A DNA stretch of 64,000 bases from Patellaria atrata CBS 101060 (lineage: Eukaryota), in assembly GCA_010093705.1 (NCBI GenBank), contig MU006105.1, positions 549,373 to 613,372 on the forward strand, given 5' to 3'. Both the position numbers and the translations under genes were made by a program. The notes beneath the pieces were generated by a model. The model was not told the DNA's origin. It worked only from the letters and a program-made list of their open reading frames with translations, and did no database searches. Below, one piece after another: positions 52,706 to 64,000 of this stretch; the first letter of the stretch is position 1; each line of letters opens with the position of its first letter.

Positions 52706-53197
52706 ATGGAGGCAACTGAGAAATTGTCGGCCCGTGCTGACCGGGTAACCACGACATTCTTGAGAGCTTCAACGCATTTCCAGTCGACTGTGGTACCAAT
52801 GACTGGGGGGGCCGGGAGTGTGTCACCTTCTACAGATGCCATACCATTGCGAGACTTGCGCATGTTGTCCTTTCAAAATTCAAAAACCCAAAGGTTTATA
52901 GACGGAAAGAGGGGTGTTGGTGATTATGTTGTCTTCGATGATGGTGAAGAACAGTACTTAACATGGGTGAGAAAGGGGATGGAAGGAGCCTAGAAAGGAT
53001 GAAGAGTATCATCACCGCTGATATGGAGGGGTAATTGCGATGAATAGGTTTACTGTATACCCTACGGCTATTCCAGTGATTCCACGTTCGATGACGCTGG
53101 GGATCCACACACTGTATGCGAACACTACCTCTCCAATACCGCTCCCGGTATTGACGCTTGCAAGAGAAAGCACCCTTTCCCTTGTTTGAGATATTGA
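52706..53197 (+). pseudogene. Degraded hypothetical gene with a degenerate CCCH-like finger
   Basis: MEATEKLS... frame continues through three isolated stops to VCEHYLSNTAPGIDACKRKHP; TATA-like element upstream (about 52627). Confidence 0.4.
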
Positions 53198-53669
53198 TTT
53201 ATTTTCTTGGAATGGTTAGTATAAGAGCAATATAGATAATAAGATATGAACCTTCTATTACTCACGAGGACATCATCCTGATCCCTAGTTCTGTCTATGT
53301 CCAACTGACCTCTCAAATTTCCTCAATGACTTCATCTCACCTCACCTCACCTCCTGTTACATTACATCCCCTACCTCACAATCCCTTACCTCGACTATAT
53401 AACCCCCATCCCCCCCTCACATACCATTTCTCTTCATAACATTCTCCTCCCCTAGGAACGGACCTCGCACAACGAGATATGCTATATATTCTCCTGTGCG
53501 GTGGTGTCTACAGAGACCTTCGCTGGATTGTACAGCCTTTTACAAACTCCCCTATTTGGCTGTGGGAAGTCTGGGTAGAAGTGTCCAGTTGACAGAGAAG
53601 CATTGGGAGGGGCTGGGGTCCTGTCGTGGATATGATTGGGAAGTCGAGGATGGGGAGAGAGGCGTCTTG

Positions 53670-53722
53670 GGGAGAAGAAAATTTGGGGAAGAAGAAAATT
53701 TGGGGAAGAAGAAAATTTGGGG
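53670..53722. repeat. 17-bp tandem repeat (GAAGAAAATTTGGGGAA) x3
   Basis: Read directly from the sequence. Confidence 0.85.
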
Positions 53723-55922
53723 GGTGGAAAGGGGGTGTGGTGATGTGGGTTGATCAAGGGGATATGGAGAAGAGAAAAGGGGGAAAGAGGGTGTTGGAGG
53801 GAAAAAGAGGGGAAAGTGGTGATGAAAGTCGGTGTTGAGGTGGAGGGGTGAAGGGTATCATCAGTTGAGTGGTGAAGAGGAGGAATTGATAGCTACGTTA
53901 TTTTGCGGTCAGTTTACGGACTGAGGTTAAAGACACAGAACTTCCCCCCAATGGATTCTCCCGTTCTTCTGGCTGATCTCTAAGAAATCCAGAACTCCTC
54001 CCAATTTGCTGATATTGCGATGTTAGGCACACCTTCATAATCGTGAGGATGTGTGGCCTATGTAGTTCCTAAGAATAAGGAAGCCCTATTTAACCACTGG
54101 ACATGTCTCTTGAGGGTTGTGGAAGAATATGAATACAAGAAGCGTATACTCGTTGTATATGGTCGCTCCGGTCATATGGGTTCATCTGCTGATACTACGT
54201 CGAATGATTACAGCTCATGCTTCATGTCTCGTGCACTCAATCTTACCTCCCCTTATTTGCTGGCATATCAACCCTCCTCCTGCTACTCTCTTCTAACTCT
54301 CTTTTCTTTGTTAAGACTCTTCAGCTCTCTGAAACTCCCTTTACTTCCTTGAAGACTATTGGGTTTTGCTGTCTGGTGGATATCAGAAACTTGGAGACCA
54401 CATTGCGCCGCTTCACAATGAAGAGGAGAAATTGGGAGCGAGAGCAGGGTGTGGTAGTACGGTACGATTATTGAATTATTTGGGAGGGCTCTTCTCGGTG
54501 TTGGAGGGTTGAGGGTTAGAATAGACCAATTATGGGGAAGGGGTAAACTTAGGAGCTAAGAGATAGACTGATAGTGGTGGTCGTAGAAAGGTGATGATGA
54601 AGGTCAGTACTAAACCCCAGGCATAAAACTCAACATCAAGGCTACTACAAGCAGTGAAGGGTACAACCTTCTATCTATATCCAAATAACTCTAACAACTT
54701 GGCGAGAAGGGAGCCACACCTTCTCCCAATGTTTCGTATACGTTGTGCAAGTCCCAAATAATCGAGCATTGATATGTTCAACTACCCAATTAAAGATTAG
54801 TTCTTTGCTGCAATGAGGCGTTGCTTTGGTTCCTGAAGGACCAGACTTTTGAAGGATATAATAGAGGAGTTAAAGCTGTCAAATACGCCGGTTATAGGAG
54901 GTTTTGCCTTGCTGATACCTCAAGTCTGAATCGGACGGACTGGTCATAGTGATAGTAAACACTGCTATATAAATCTCTTCTCCCTTCGTCTTTTTGAACG
55001 TTTTCTTCGTGGACATTCCTCTTGCTTTGTTTGTCAATGGACTTCCAAATGAAATATGAAGAGAGAGTATTTCTCCGGCTGTGGTGTCTGGAGGATTCAT
55101 CAAATCGGACTATTGGGCGAATATTGGGCGGCCTACCAGAGCACTTCAGAATTGTAGGAAAGTTCTTGCAGAATACAACAGATAGTATATTGGGCGGCGC
55201 TGGAGGTCGGTTTGAGAGGAGTTGATGTAGTGTAATTGGGCACTGGTGGATCTAAAGAAGGAAGTGATGGTAGCTACAATTTGATAAAGTGATGCAGAAG
55301 TTCAGTGAGAAACTTAAGTGGTGAAGGCTATAATCACAGCCAGAAACTCCGGTAATACCGTCGTCGAACTCGGAATTTTCATCTCACCCAATAAGCTTTC
55401 TCGGATTCCACAAATCCAATCCAACCAATGACTCATCTACACTGGGAGACAATTCCTCGCAAGTGTTTAAGCGGTTGTGCCCGCTCACTTGAAGGAAGAG
55501 AGTTTCTATGGAAAGATCTGAGTATAAGAAGGTAATCACTCCGGTTATAGGAGATTCATCAGTCTCTCACTAGTCTTGTGCGTCACCTGCTACTTCACGT
55601 CACATCTTATCACCTCCAGTTGATATCACTTCACCTCGCCTCCATGGAGTCCGCAGCGCTGCGAATATATAAAATGTCAGACGGCTGATCCCCGATAGCC
55701 TTACGTTGGAAGATCGTCAGGATCTCCAGGAGTTCGTGTTGGAGATTTTCAGAGCTAAGTGCTCGGCTCCGACTTATGAGTTAAGTACTGTTAGATGGTG
55801 GAGCTGTTGGAGTATTGGTGCTACTGGCGACCAGGGGTAATGTTGAAGTATGGGTCCTTTGGTGGATTTGTCAACTATCTGTCAGATGTCAGCCACGGAG
55901 TAGCATGGAGCAAGAAAAAGTC

Positions 55923-56107
55923 TCTCTTCAACAATTATTTGTTTCGTCCTCAACTGACTCCTCTATCTCAACAGATATCTCAACGATTATGAGATATATT
56001 GAGATTTGGATACGTGTTCTCGGTAGCTTTTCAGTATATATAGAAATTCCTTTAGTGGATAGATGGAAAAATCAAGCGACTATATTCAGTTATCCACAAT
56101 CTCACAT
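55923..56107 (+). repeat. Dispersed repeat copy 2, within a degraded ORF (about 55644-56190)
   Basis: Peptide NYLFRPQLTPLSQQISQRL*DILRFGYVFSVAFQYI*KFL aligns with the copy at 5254-5450. Confidence 0.85.
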
Positions 56108-57999
56108 AAAACTCTTCCTCTTCTTCTCCAGATTTCTTTCGACAGAAATACCTATTTTTACTCTGGTTTTAATCCTGTACGACGTTCATTAACTACACAT
56201 AGTATCCCCTTTGGTGGAGGGAGGAGTGTATGTCGATCGCCCATGCAAAATGAGAATATTGTGGGAGGTTGAGCCTTGGGAAACTCTCGAGACCTTGCGG
56301 TTGAAAGATAGAAACTAGATATAGGGGAAACGAGCCAAAGAAGGAGTGATGAGGACTATCGTTACTCCAGATAAGTGAAATCTACTACTAGGATGGGTTA
56401 ATAAAGACTGATAAGCCAATATCTACGCTCTCGTCGTTTCAACCATCGTCTCTAAAAGGGGCACGACTGCGCCTAATTGTTGATTTGCATTGTCGCTATG
56501 CCAACTGCGTTGCCCCGTGAAAATCTCCGCAATGTTAGGTGGTTTTGCAGGACTTCGACTGGAAAATCGAGTTGTGCTCATATTGAACACAATGAAAAGG
56601 TGTATATGATCTTCAATGTCGATTTTGTTCTTCACAGTTCTTAACCGACGGTTTCTTGGATTCCTCGGAGAAATAAGTATGAAAGGGGAGGACGGGCGGT
56701 CAGGGAAAGTTTATCCACTTAATACTGACATACTGTAAAATCACTTGAGCTAGTTGATACGTCACTTCGTGCTAGTTCCTCCACTCGGGTCTAGGGTAAT
56801 AATATTAAACTCCCTTACTTTCTTCCTCTCCCCTTTTCTTTCTTTCCTTGCGAAAACTGGATTGTACCTCGCTACTTCAATCTGAAAGTACGACATCCCT
56901 AGAAGAATACTTCATCGGGCAGTCTAGAGAATCCGTAGCATACGGGATTCTCGGGAGGAAGGAGGTGTGAAGGCCGTTCGAGACAAAGTGGGTATTGGGA
57001 GACGCTCGGAGAGAATTGCGAAGGGTCATAAGACAGTCGATGGGTGAGAGGCGAGGGCGGAAGAGACTGGCTGTGATTGTAGTAGTGATGATGATCAGCA
57101 TCAAAGTCTTAGTATTAAGGACAGTATCGAAGTGAGGTGAAAGAGCGCATCATCTCCTACGGAGTATACTTTTCCTAAACATCCTTTATCCTTTAACACC
57201 AATCCGCATTCCTCCCAATTTTGGGATTGATTAGAATCCCAGGCAAGTCCCCGCGGCAATCTCAATGGTGTGGGCGAAAGTACAGTATTTGTCCCACGAT
57301 CGAGTGTAATCCTTGACTTTTGGTTGAAAGAAGCGTCAAAGCAAGGGAGGATCTACTCTTTATAGAAGAAAGAACATGAATACAATACTGATCGCCTGAT
57401 AGTACAGGTCTATCTGACTCCACACGTCACAGTTCGTAACAGAGCTAAGTCGTACGGGACCGAAGCGCACTAAGGTAAACCACTGGTATATAAATCCTTC
57501 TTTTAACATCTTCCTTTCCTTTCCTTCATCAAGAAGACCGTTTACTCCCTAGAGGCTTTCTTGAATGGCGCTTTATTGCTGACTGTTGTATTTGGAACAA
57601 TAACTGCAGCCGATTCTTGCGGTAGCGCGAAATATGGGAACAAAGAAGGCGCTGGAAAGCGATAATAAAGAAGAACAATTGGAGGGAAACAGACGCAGTA
57701 GTAACTCCGGTGATGATGAGAGTCAGTATCGAAACCCGGGTCTGAATGACATTATCAGAACTAGAGACTTGATTATCCAACATGATCTCAAGACATCCTT
57801 CGCAGTTCGGGGTTCGGCTCTTGATAATCTTTTGCAACCTTCCTTAAGTTGGCGAATGTGGTACAAGGTAACACTTCCGCAATAAATTTTGACTTGAACT
57901 CTACCACCTTCAATTGCAGTGAGAGAGTTATTCTACACACTTGAGCCTTTGTTTTGTTTCTCAAAGGATAATATCCTGAGCGAGGGAGCCATACCATAT

Positions 58000-58963
58000 A
58001 TAAAATGTGTTCATGTGTTTATTCGCTGACGTAAGAAAGCCAGCCTGTGCCATAATCTCTATTGATTAAAAAAAATCTATATCATCAGGCGCACAACCAC
58101 AACTCAGGGGGAAAAGAGAGATTAGGATCGATTTCTGATAGCACTTCAACGCGGGCATCGAAGTGGTCAATCCAGTGCGCTCGCAAGATGACTTTCATGG
58201 AGCGAGAGGTGCGACTCGCCTGCGTAACTTTGCGGCAGAAAACGTTCATACGACTGAAGGAGTCATCGCCACTAGAACGAATGCCCATCGTGACGTTTGC
58301 ATTGCTCACGACCTTTGCTACTTCGAACTGGTTGAGGAGGCCTCCATGATCTAGATCTATGTTCCCATGGATCTGCTCCCAGGTACCGACAATGAGCTTG
58401 TTGAGGGTTGATGGCTGTAAAGACAGCGTATCGCAGCGAATCTTGCGTCTCTTCGGGAAATTCCTATTATCGCTTTGTATATTTCGCTGAGAGTCACTTC
58501 CAACGACATTATGAACTACCGGGTCTCTGCGCACTGACCGGAGCACGCTGGTTGTCTTGAGTCTTTTGAAATCGGGAGCATCGGAGGTAATTGTGGTGTT
58601 GGGGACTTATGCGTTTATCCTCTTCCGTAACGGTATCCTCCAACTCTTAGACTGGACTAAGAGAAGATGGTAGTACAGTAGCTGAGTTAGCAGACTTGGG
58701 AGCGGTTTTTGTTAATTGAGGCGGAGATTCAAGGTTCTCTCGATTCTTCAAATTCGCGCTCAGTGAAGCGATAGGACTTAAGGAAGACACGGGACAGCTC
58801 AAGTACACACTATATCCGCTTTTTAGTTATAAAGAAATGCTTCGATCCTTAGTTCCGGTTTGATAGGGGAGCATAAAGACCGGGAATCTACTTTCGTGAG
58901 ATGCTCCTCAATAGTCCTGCTAACGCATTTAGAGAGCTGCTCGATCTCGTCAAGTGAAAGCAT
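58000..58963 (-). pseudogene. Pseudogene of a fungal hypothetical protein family
   Basis: MLSLDEIEQLSKCVSRTIEEHL... at 58963, then stops and frameshifts, then LQPSTLNKLIVGTWEQIHG...FSRMNVFCRKVTQASRTSRSMKVILRAHWIDHFD. The 3' limit is approximate. Confidence 0.6.
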
Positions 58964-59819
58964 TTTCGAGGTCGTTTCAGTGAAGTGGAAGATGATACAT
59001 CAAACAAGTCTTAAACCATTTACCTCCGTATATGTTTTTATTCACATTTACTGATGGGTAATAGTTCTAGTAGTCTGGAAGAACATGTGTGGCAAAGAGC
59101 AGAGGGTAGGGCGATCCTTACTAATTGCAGAAAATCTGGTTCAGATCGATAGATCATCAGGAGACCACAATACATATTTTTCCTCCTTTTACACTAGAAG
59201 ATGAGAAACAACAGAGTATATAATTGATTTCCGATTTTCTATATTATTTATAATGAAATCAATGATGGGGGACAGTTACTATTTCATTTCATTCCACGAT
59301 TCCCCAGGACTTTCTGCAGCCGAGCACGCCGAGCATGCCGAGCCTTGTTCGGTCGGCACTTCGGAAGGAATGAAACGCCAAGACCGACCGAGGTGCTTCC
59401 CTTCCGTCTTTCCGCAGTTCTAGTTTTAGGTTTTAGTTTTAGTTCTAGCGCATTTTGTCATGTTTGCACATTGTTTTCGCTTTGCAGCTATTAAGAGAAT
59501 TGCAGTATCCTTTACCAGGATAGGTTTGAGCATTTATAGTTCCATAGTAGAGATGCAGTCAATCATTCTGTCCCAGTGTCGGGCTAACTAAAGGAGGATG
59601 AACCCTCTGGTTGCCTCCCTGGGAAATTCTAGGCTTATCAGTACATGCGTCATTACTCCTTAATCCCCGCGGACGATCAGAGATGCCAAGTCCGGGTACA
59701 TATTAACAGTACATACCATAGATAATTCACTCCATTACTCGCCATACCAAGTTATGGGCCTCCTAGACGTTGAACCACATCTCAAATCTTTCCTTCATCC
59801 AACATAGAACAATTTAATT

Positions 59820-61988
59820 ATGACTTCTAGTTCTTCAGACGAACTTAATTTGACTCGAGAGAAGACGAACAAATCATACAGCTTTGACGATGTTCGCGGA
59901 TGGCGTCGATTCCGAGTGCTCAGACCTGGCCGAGGAATGTATCATGACATTAAGCGACGGTTACCTTACTATAGGAGTGATATTACAGATGCCTTCACGT
60001 ATAGGGTCATTGCTAGTACGATCCGAATGTACTTTGTCAAGTATGCATTCTATAGGTCGCCTCTTGCTTCTTTACAAATTTCTCGAGCTGACCTGTGATA
60101 GCCTTCTCCCAGCTATCGCGTATACACTCGACATGTATCGTCGAACAGGAGAATTTTACGGAGTCAATGAAGCTCTCTTCTCCTCAGCACTAGCTGCTAT
60201 AGTTTTCAGTATACTTGGGGCACAACCTCTTACCATCGTGGGCATCACCGGCCTAATTTCTCTCTTCAACTTCACCATCTACGACATTATCCAGATCTAC
60301 GATATCTCCATCTACCCTCAGTTTATGTGTTGGACGGGTATTTGGGCGGCAATCTTCCACTGGCTTGTTTCTTTTTTCAATCTCTGCGATTATATGCGCT
60401 ATGTCACTGATTTCTCGAGCGAAGCATTCGGCATGTACGTGGGTATCATTTATATAAGTAGGTCAATCTTCATTCTCAGGAACTGCTATATTGGCTTGCT
60501 TATTGTCTGAATAGTTAAAGGCGTAGAAGAATTGGTCTATGAATTCTCATCCGAAGGCAATACGGCGGGTTACCTCAGCTGTATCATCGCCATCCTCTAT
60601 TTTGGTACAATTTACGGTCTAGAGAAGCTCGGTTCAAGCACTATCTGGAAACCAGGATTCCGTGAAATACTTGCAGACTACGCATACGTGGTTAGTCATC
60701 CTCGTCTTAAACATCATTTAGTAGAAGTCTAATCTGCGTACAAACAGTTCGGCACCATCTTCTGGGTTGGCTTTGCTCACATCCCCGGGAACCTTGCAAG
60801 CGCCCACATCAGCAAAGTCCCAATCGTAAAAGCGTTCCATCCCACTCAGCCGAGGAGCTGGCTCATCGACTTCTGGAATCTGGATTTGAAATGGATATTC
60901 GTTGCTTTGCCATTTGGGCTCTTAGTCATGTTATTATTCTACTACGATCATGTTAGAACCATACCCCTACTCTCGTACACCCAACGTTGGCTAAACGTAT
61001 ACAGAACATTAGTAGCCTCACAGCTCAAGCCCGTCAATTTCCTCTGAAAAAGCCGGGCGGTTTCCACTGGGATTTTTTCCTTCTTGGCTGTACGACCTTT
61101 GTCGCTAGTATCCTAGGACTCCCGATGCCGAATGGCCTTGTACCACAGGTACATCATCCCCGCCGCTGATTACTCTCTAGTATACTAAGAAGTTGCATAG
61201 GCGCCTGTACACACCGACTCCCTAACTATATACGAAACCCGTCTGAAAGTCATCCCCTTGTCCGAGGGTGAAGACACCGAGATCCGCTCACCCATCGTTG
61301 AAGCAACCGCCGTAGTAGAGCAGCGCGTTTCGCATTTCCTCATGGGTCTTGCACTTATAGGCACCATGACCGGGCCTCTCCTGGTCGTCCTTCATACCAT
61401 GCCGTCTGCCGTCTTTGCGGGAGTCTTCTTCGTCGTTGGTGTAAGTGTAGTTCATTCATTCGCTCCTTCTCATGTGACTCTTCTCTATATTAGCCTCAGT
61501 CGAAGAGGGATGCTGGAGCCCCATGTAATGGTTTGATGCTAATATATATTCGTTACCAGTGGGGTTCCATTGAATCCAACGGGATCCTCCAAAAATTGAT
61601 ATTTCTCATGTCCGAAGACCGCTTCATACAGCGCGACGAACCCTTACGTACCATCCCTAACAAAAAACTCTATCTCTATGTGGGACTTCAGATACTCGGG
61701 GTAGCAGTGACGGTTGCGATCTCGCAAACCATCGCAGCAATCGGTTTCCCCGTTTTGATTATTTTGTTGATTCCACTTAGGAGCGTACTCATGCCCAGAT
61801 GGTTTAGTCTGCACGAGCTGCGAGTCTTGGATGATTTGACGGCGACGAATAAAGCCGTTTTGGCTAGTCTCGGTGGGGCACCGGCGCTCCCTGAGGAGAC
61901 GAGAGAGGAGGATTGGGGATTGGAGAGGAGGAGAAGCGAAGGTAGACGGGGTGTGCCTCGCCAGAGGGTGGGGAGCATAAATCGGTAG
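59820..61988 (+). CDS. BOR1: SLC4/HCO3- family anion exchanger, Bor1-like borate transporter
   Basis: GMYHDIKRRLPYYRSDITDA, LGAQPLTIVGITG, LFYYDHNISSLTAQARQFPLKKPGGFHWDFFLLG, NGLVPQAPVHT and VVEQRVSH; six introns. Confidence 0.93.
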
Positions 61989-64000
61989 ATCTGTTTGATA
62001 TGAGTAAAATTTAACCAGTTATGTACATAATATTATTTCTGGAGAATGAAGGCCAAGTCTTGATTCTAATTGACTGAGAATGATTGGGTTAGAAGATTGG
62101 AAATCCTATCATAGCTCAAGATCTATAGCAGTGAGCTTCGTCCTCCGCCTTCTTATCACGGCCCCAAATCTAAACCCAATGGGACACAATCCTACACAAT
62201 ATATGAGTGTTAAATCCCGTTCTGTTTGACCACTTCCAGATCCCCTCTACGGCCCAATCCGCCATACTCACCCCACCTACTCCATTCCAAGGCCACTTCT
62301 CAGCAACACAAACGCAAATACACATCGATACTTCCCCTTCCACCACCCGACCACGCCTCAGCTCAACTCATCTGACACAACCTGTCCACTTTTTCCCCAC
62401 CTACCCTACCTTACACGGTATATAACCCCCTTCCTCTCTTTCCTCTTCTATCTCAGACTCCGCAACTCCCGGTGCTTAGAATGCTTGTCCGGAAGAGGGT
62501 GGGCGGCAGAAAGGGGGAAAGCAGTGGAATCAGTCGGTAGAGGTGACTATGATGATAACTTTATTTATCATCAGCACTTTGAAATTATTATACTTCTACG
62601 ACCAAGTAGACCATCACCATTCCGAAATAAAGATATGTAGAAAGTATATTCGATTTCCAACATCCAGTTCCCCAATGTTTCCTTTTGTCGGATAGAAACA
62701 AACCCTAAACACCAAGCAATAGTGAATGAACTGTTAACCGCCTGAAAGCACCAGATCTTCTATCCGACGCTTCTAGTTGTGTTAATGTAAGCTGTTAGTT
62801 CCATTCAATACTCACGGTTAAGTATTCTCCCGTTTATGGGAGTGGCAGTCACCTGTTGCATGAATAAGAGAAGGATCAAAGATCTTCTGATCGTATTTCT
62901 GCTAGATCCTCCATATTTTAGGAATGAGCCGGTACCGCATCTTGCGCTCATAATTGCCCCATCAATATACCCCTCCGCCTTTCTCTCGATCTTTTTTTTT
63001 CGACATTTACACCCAGAGGCTAGACCTAGTGATTGAATACACTCAGGTATGAGCTAAGATAGTAGGTAGAAGGGAAAGAATGTTCAATTGTTGTCCACTA
63101 TCTGGAGCGGGCGCCTGTGTCTTATCTTATAGTATTGCCTGCTCAACCACCTCACTTATCCTAGTCCCCAACCATCTGATATCCAGCCATCTGATATCCA
63201 ACCACCTTGCGTGACGCTCAATTTCACCACCTAGACATCTTTAACGTAACCGGCCCGGTTGGTGATTTGTTGGGGGAATCTCAACGAATGAATCCAACCA
63301 CTACGCTGCGTTTCGAATAATTCCAGAGGTGTCTCTCTGCTAGATCGGAAAGTGGAGAGAAGGATATTATGGCGACAATGTTGGTGAGCGTATCATAATA
63401 TCAACTATCATCATGATCAGATTACGGGGAGTATTATAAGCTGGGTTCGAGACGAAGAGACCGGTGATGAAGGCTATGTGGCCCATATGGCACCCCGTAA
63501 CAGGTGTTCCTAAGTTTTCACCGCTCACGCAAATCAAATGCGTTTAGTGAACTTCCGAAGGTATATGCCGGTCACGAAATTGAATAGTGTGTAGAATCTA
63601 TGGCAGGAAAGAATGTATCGGGAGTGAAGAAGGGGTGGAGAACATACTATTGAACATATTCAGCTATGGTTTATTAAAACAGATATGATAAGGAGCCCAC
63701 CAGGTAGACAATTGCATGGACCTCATTAGGGAATCACAGAACAGTGGTAATGCGCAAGCGGGTTTGTGAATGTATTCGAGAACTACAGGGGCTGATTTTC
63801 CTAAGAAAGATTGAGTGCGAGATATTCATTTGGTTTTACCATTGAAGCTAGTACACACATTCAACGTACCAGACCATCAGATGACTTTCCTCTAAAGCAG
63901 GTAAAGATATACAACGGCGTCGACGCGGTGCATGATCCTCTTTACACCGTTGAGTGTTTCAATGATCCTCCTTCGAATCCGTCGTATTCTTCCCCTTCAT

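Noticed and set aside
50200..59300. Intact Starship or other giant transposon
   Set aside because: No tyrosine recombinase ORF or element boundaries are identifiable; only relics.
63172..63203. CCATCTGATATCCA direct duplication
   Set aside because: A simple two-unit slippage with no element between the copies.

Overview
Eukaryotic DNA from a filamentous ascomycete (Pezizomycotina-type short GT-AG introns with CTAAC/CTGAC branch points); I cannot name the species from the sequence. Conserved housekeeping genes: SEH1-like WD40, ALG7, an M24B prolidase, KRR1, SNU71/RBM25-like, mitochondrial bS21, PGI1, YPK1, ADA2 and a BOR1-like anion transporter. Also present: a GH31 glycosidase next to an MFS transporter, a Cys-rich secreted protein and several orphan genes. 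Two gene-poor tracts (about 3.5-9.3 kb and 50-59.3 kb) hold stop-riddled gene relics and transposon debris with RIP-like C>T changes. Reconstructable mobile DNA: (1) a Ty3/gypsy gag end with a zinc knuckle and frameshift hairpin, interrupted by a 70-bp poly(A) retro-insertion with a 13-bp TSD; (2) a 5'-truncated RNase H LINE with the same 3' tail nearby, interrupted by a 267-bp solo LTR with a 5-bp TSD; (3) a 947-bp hAT-like element with about 205-bp inverted ends and an intron-split BED finger. The most unusual protein is a 226-aa orphan ending in a Zn2Cys6-like motif with a 24-residue loop. I found no tRNA, rRNA, CRISPR array or Starship captain, and no clear-cut novel multi-gene system. There are two assembly gaps (48779-49493, 51521-51620). 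All family assignments are from motif recognition, not database searches.
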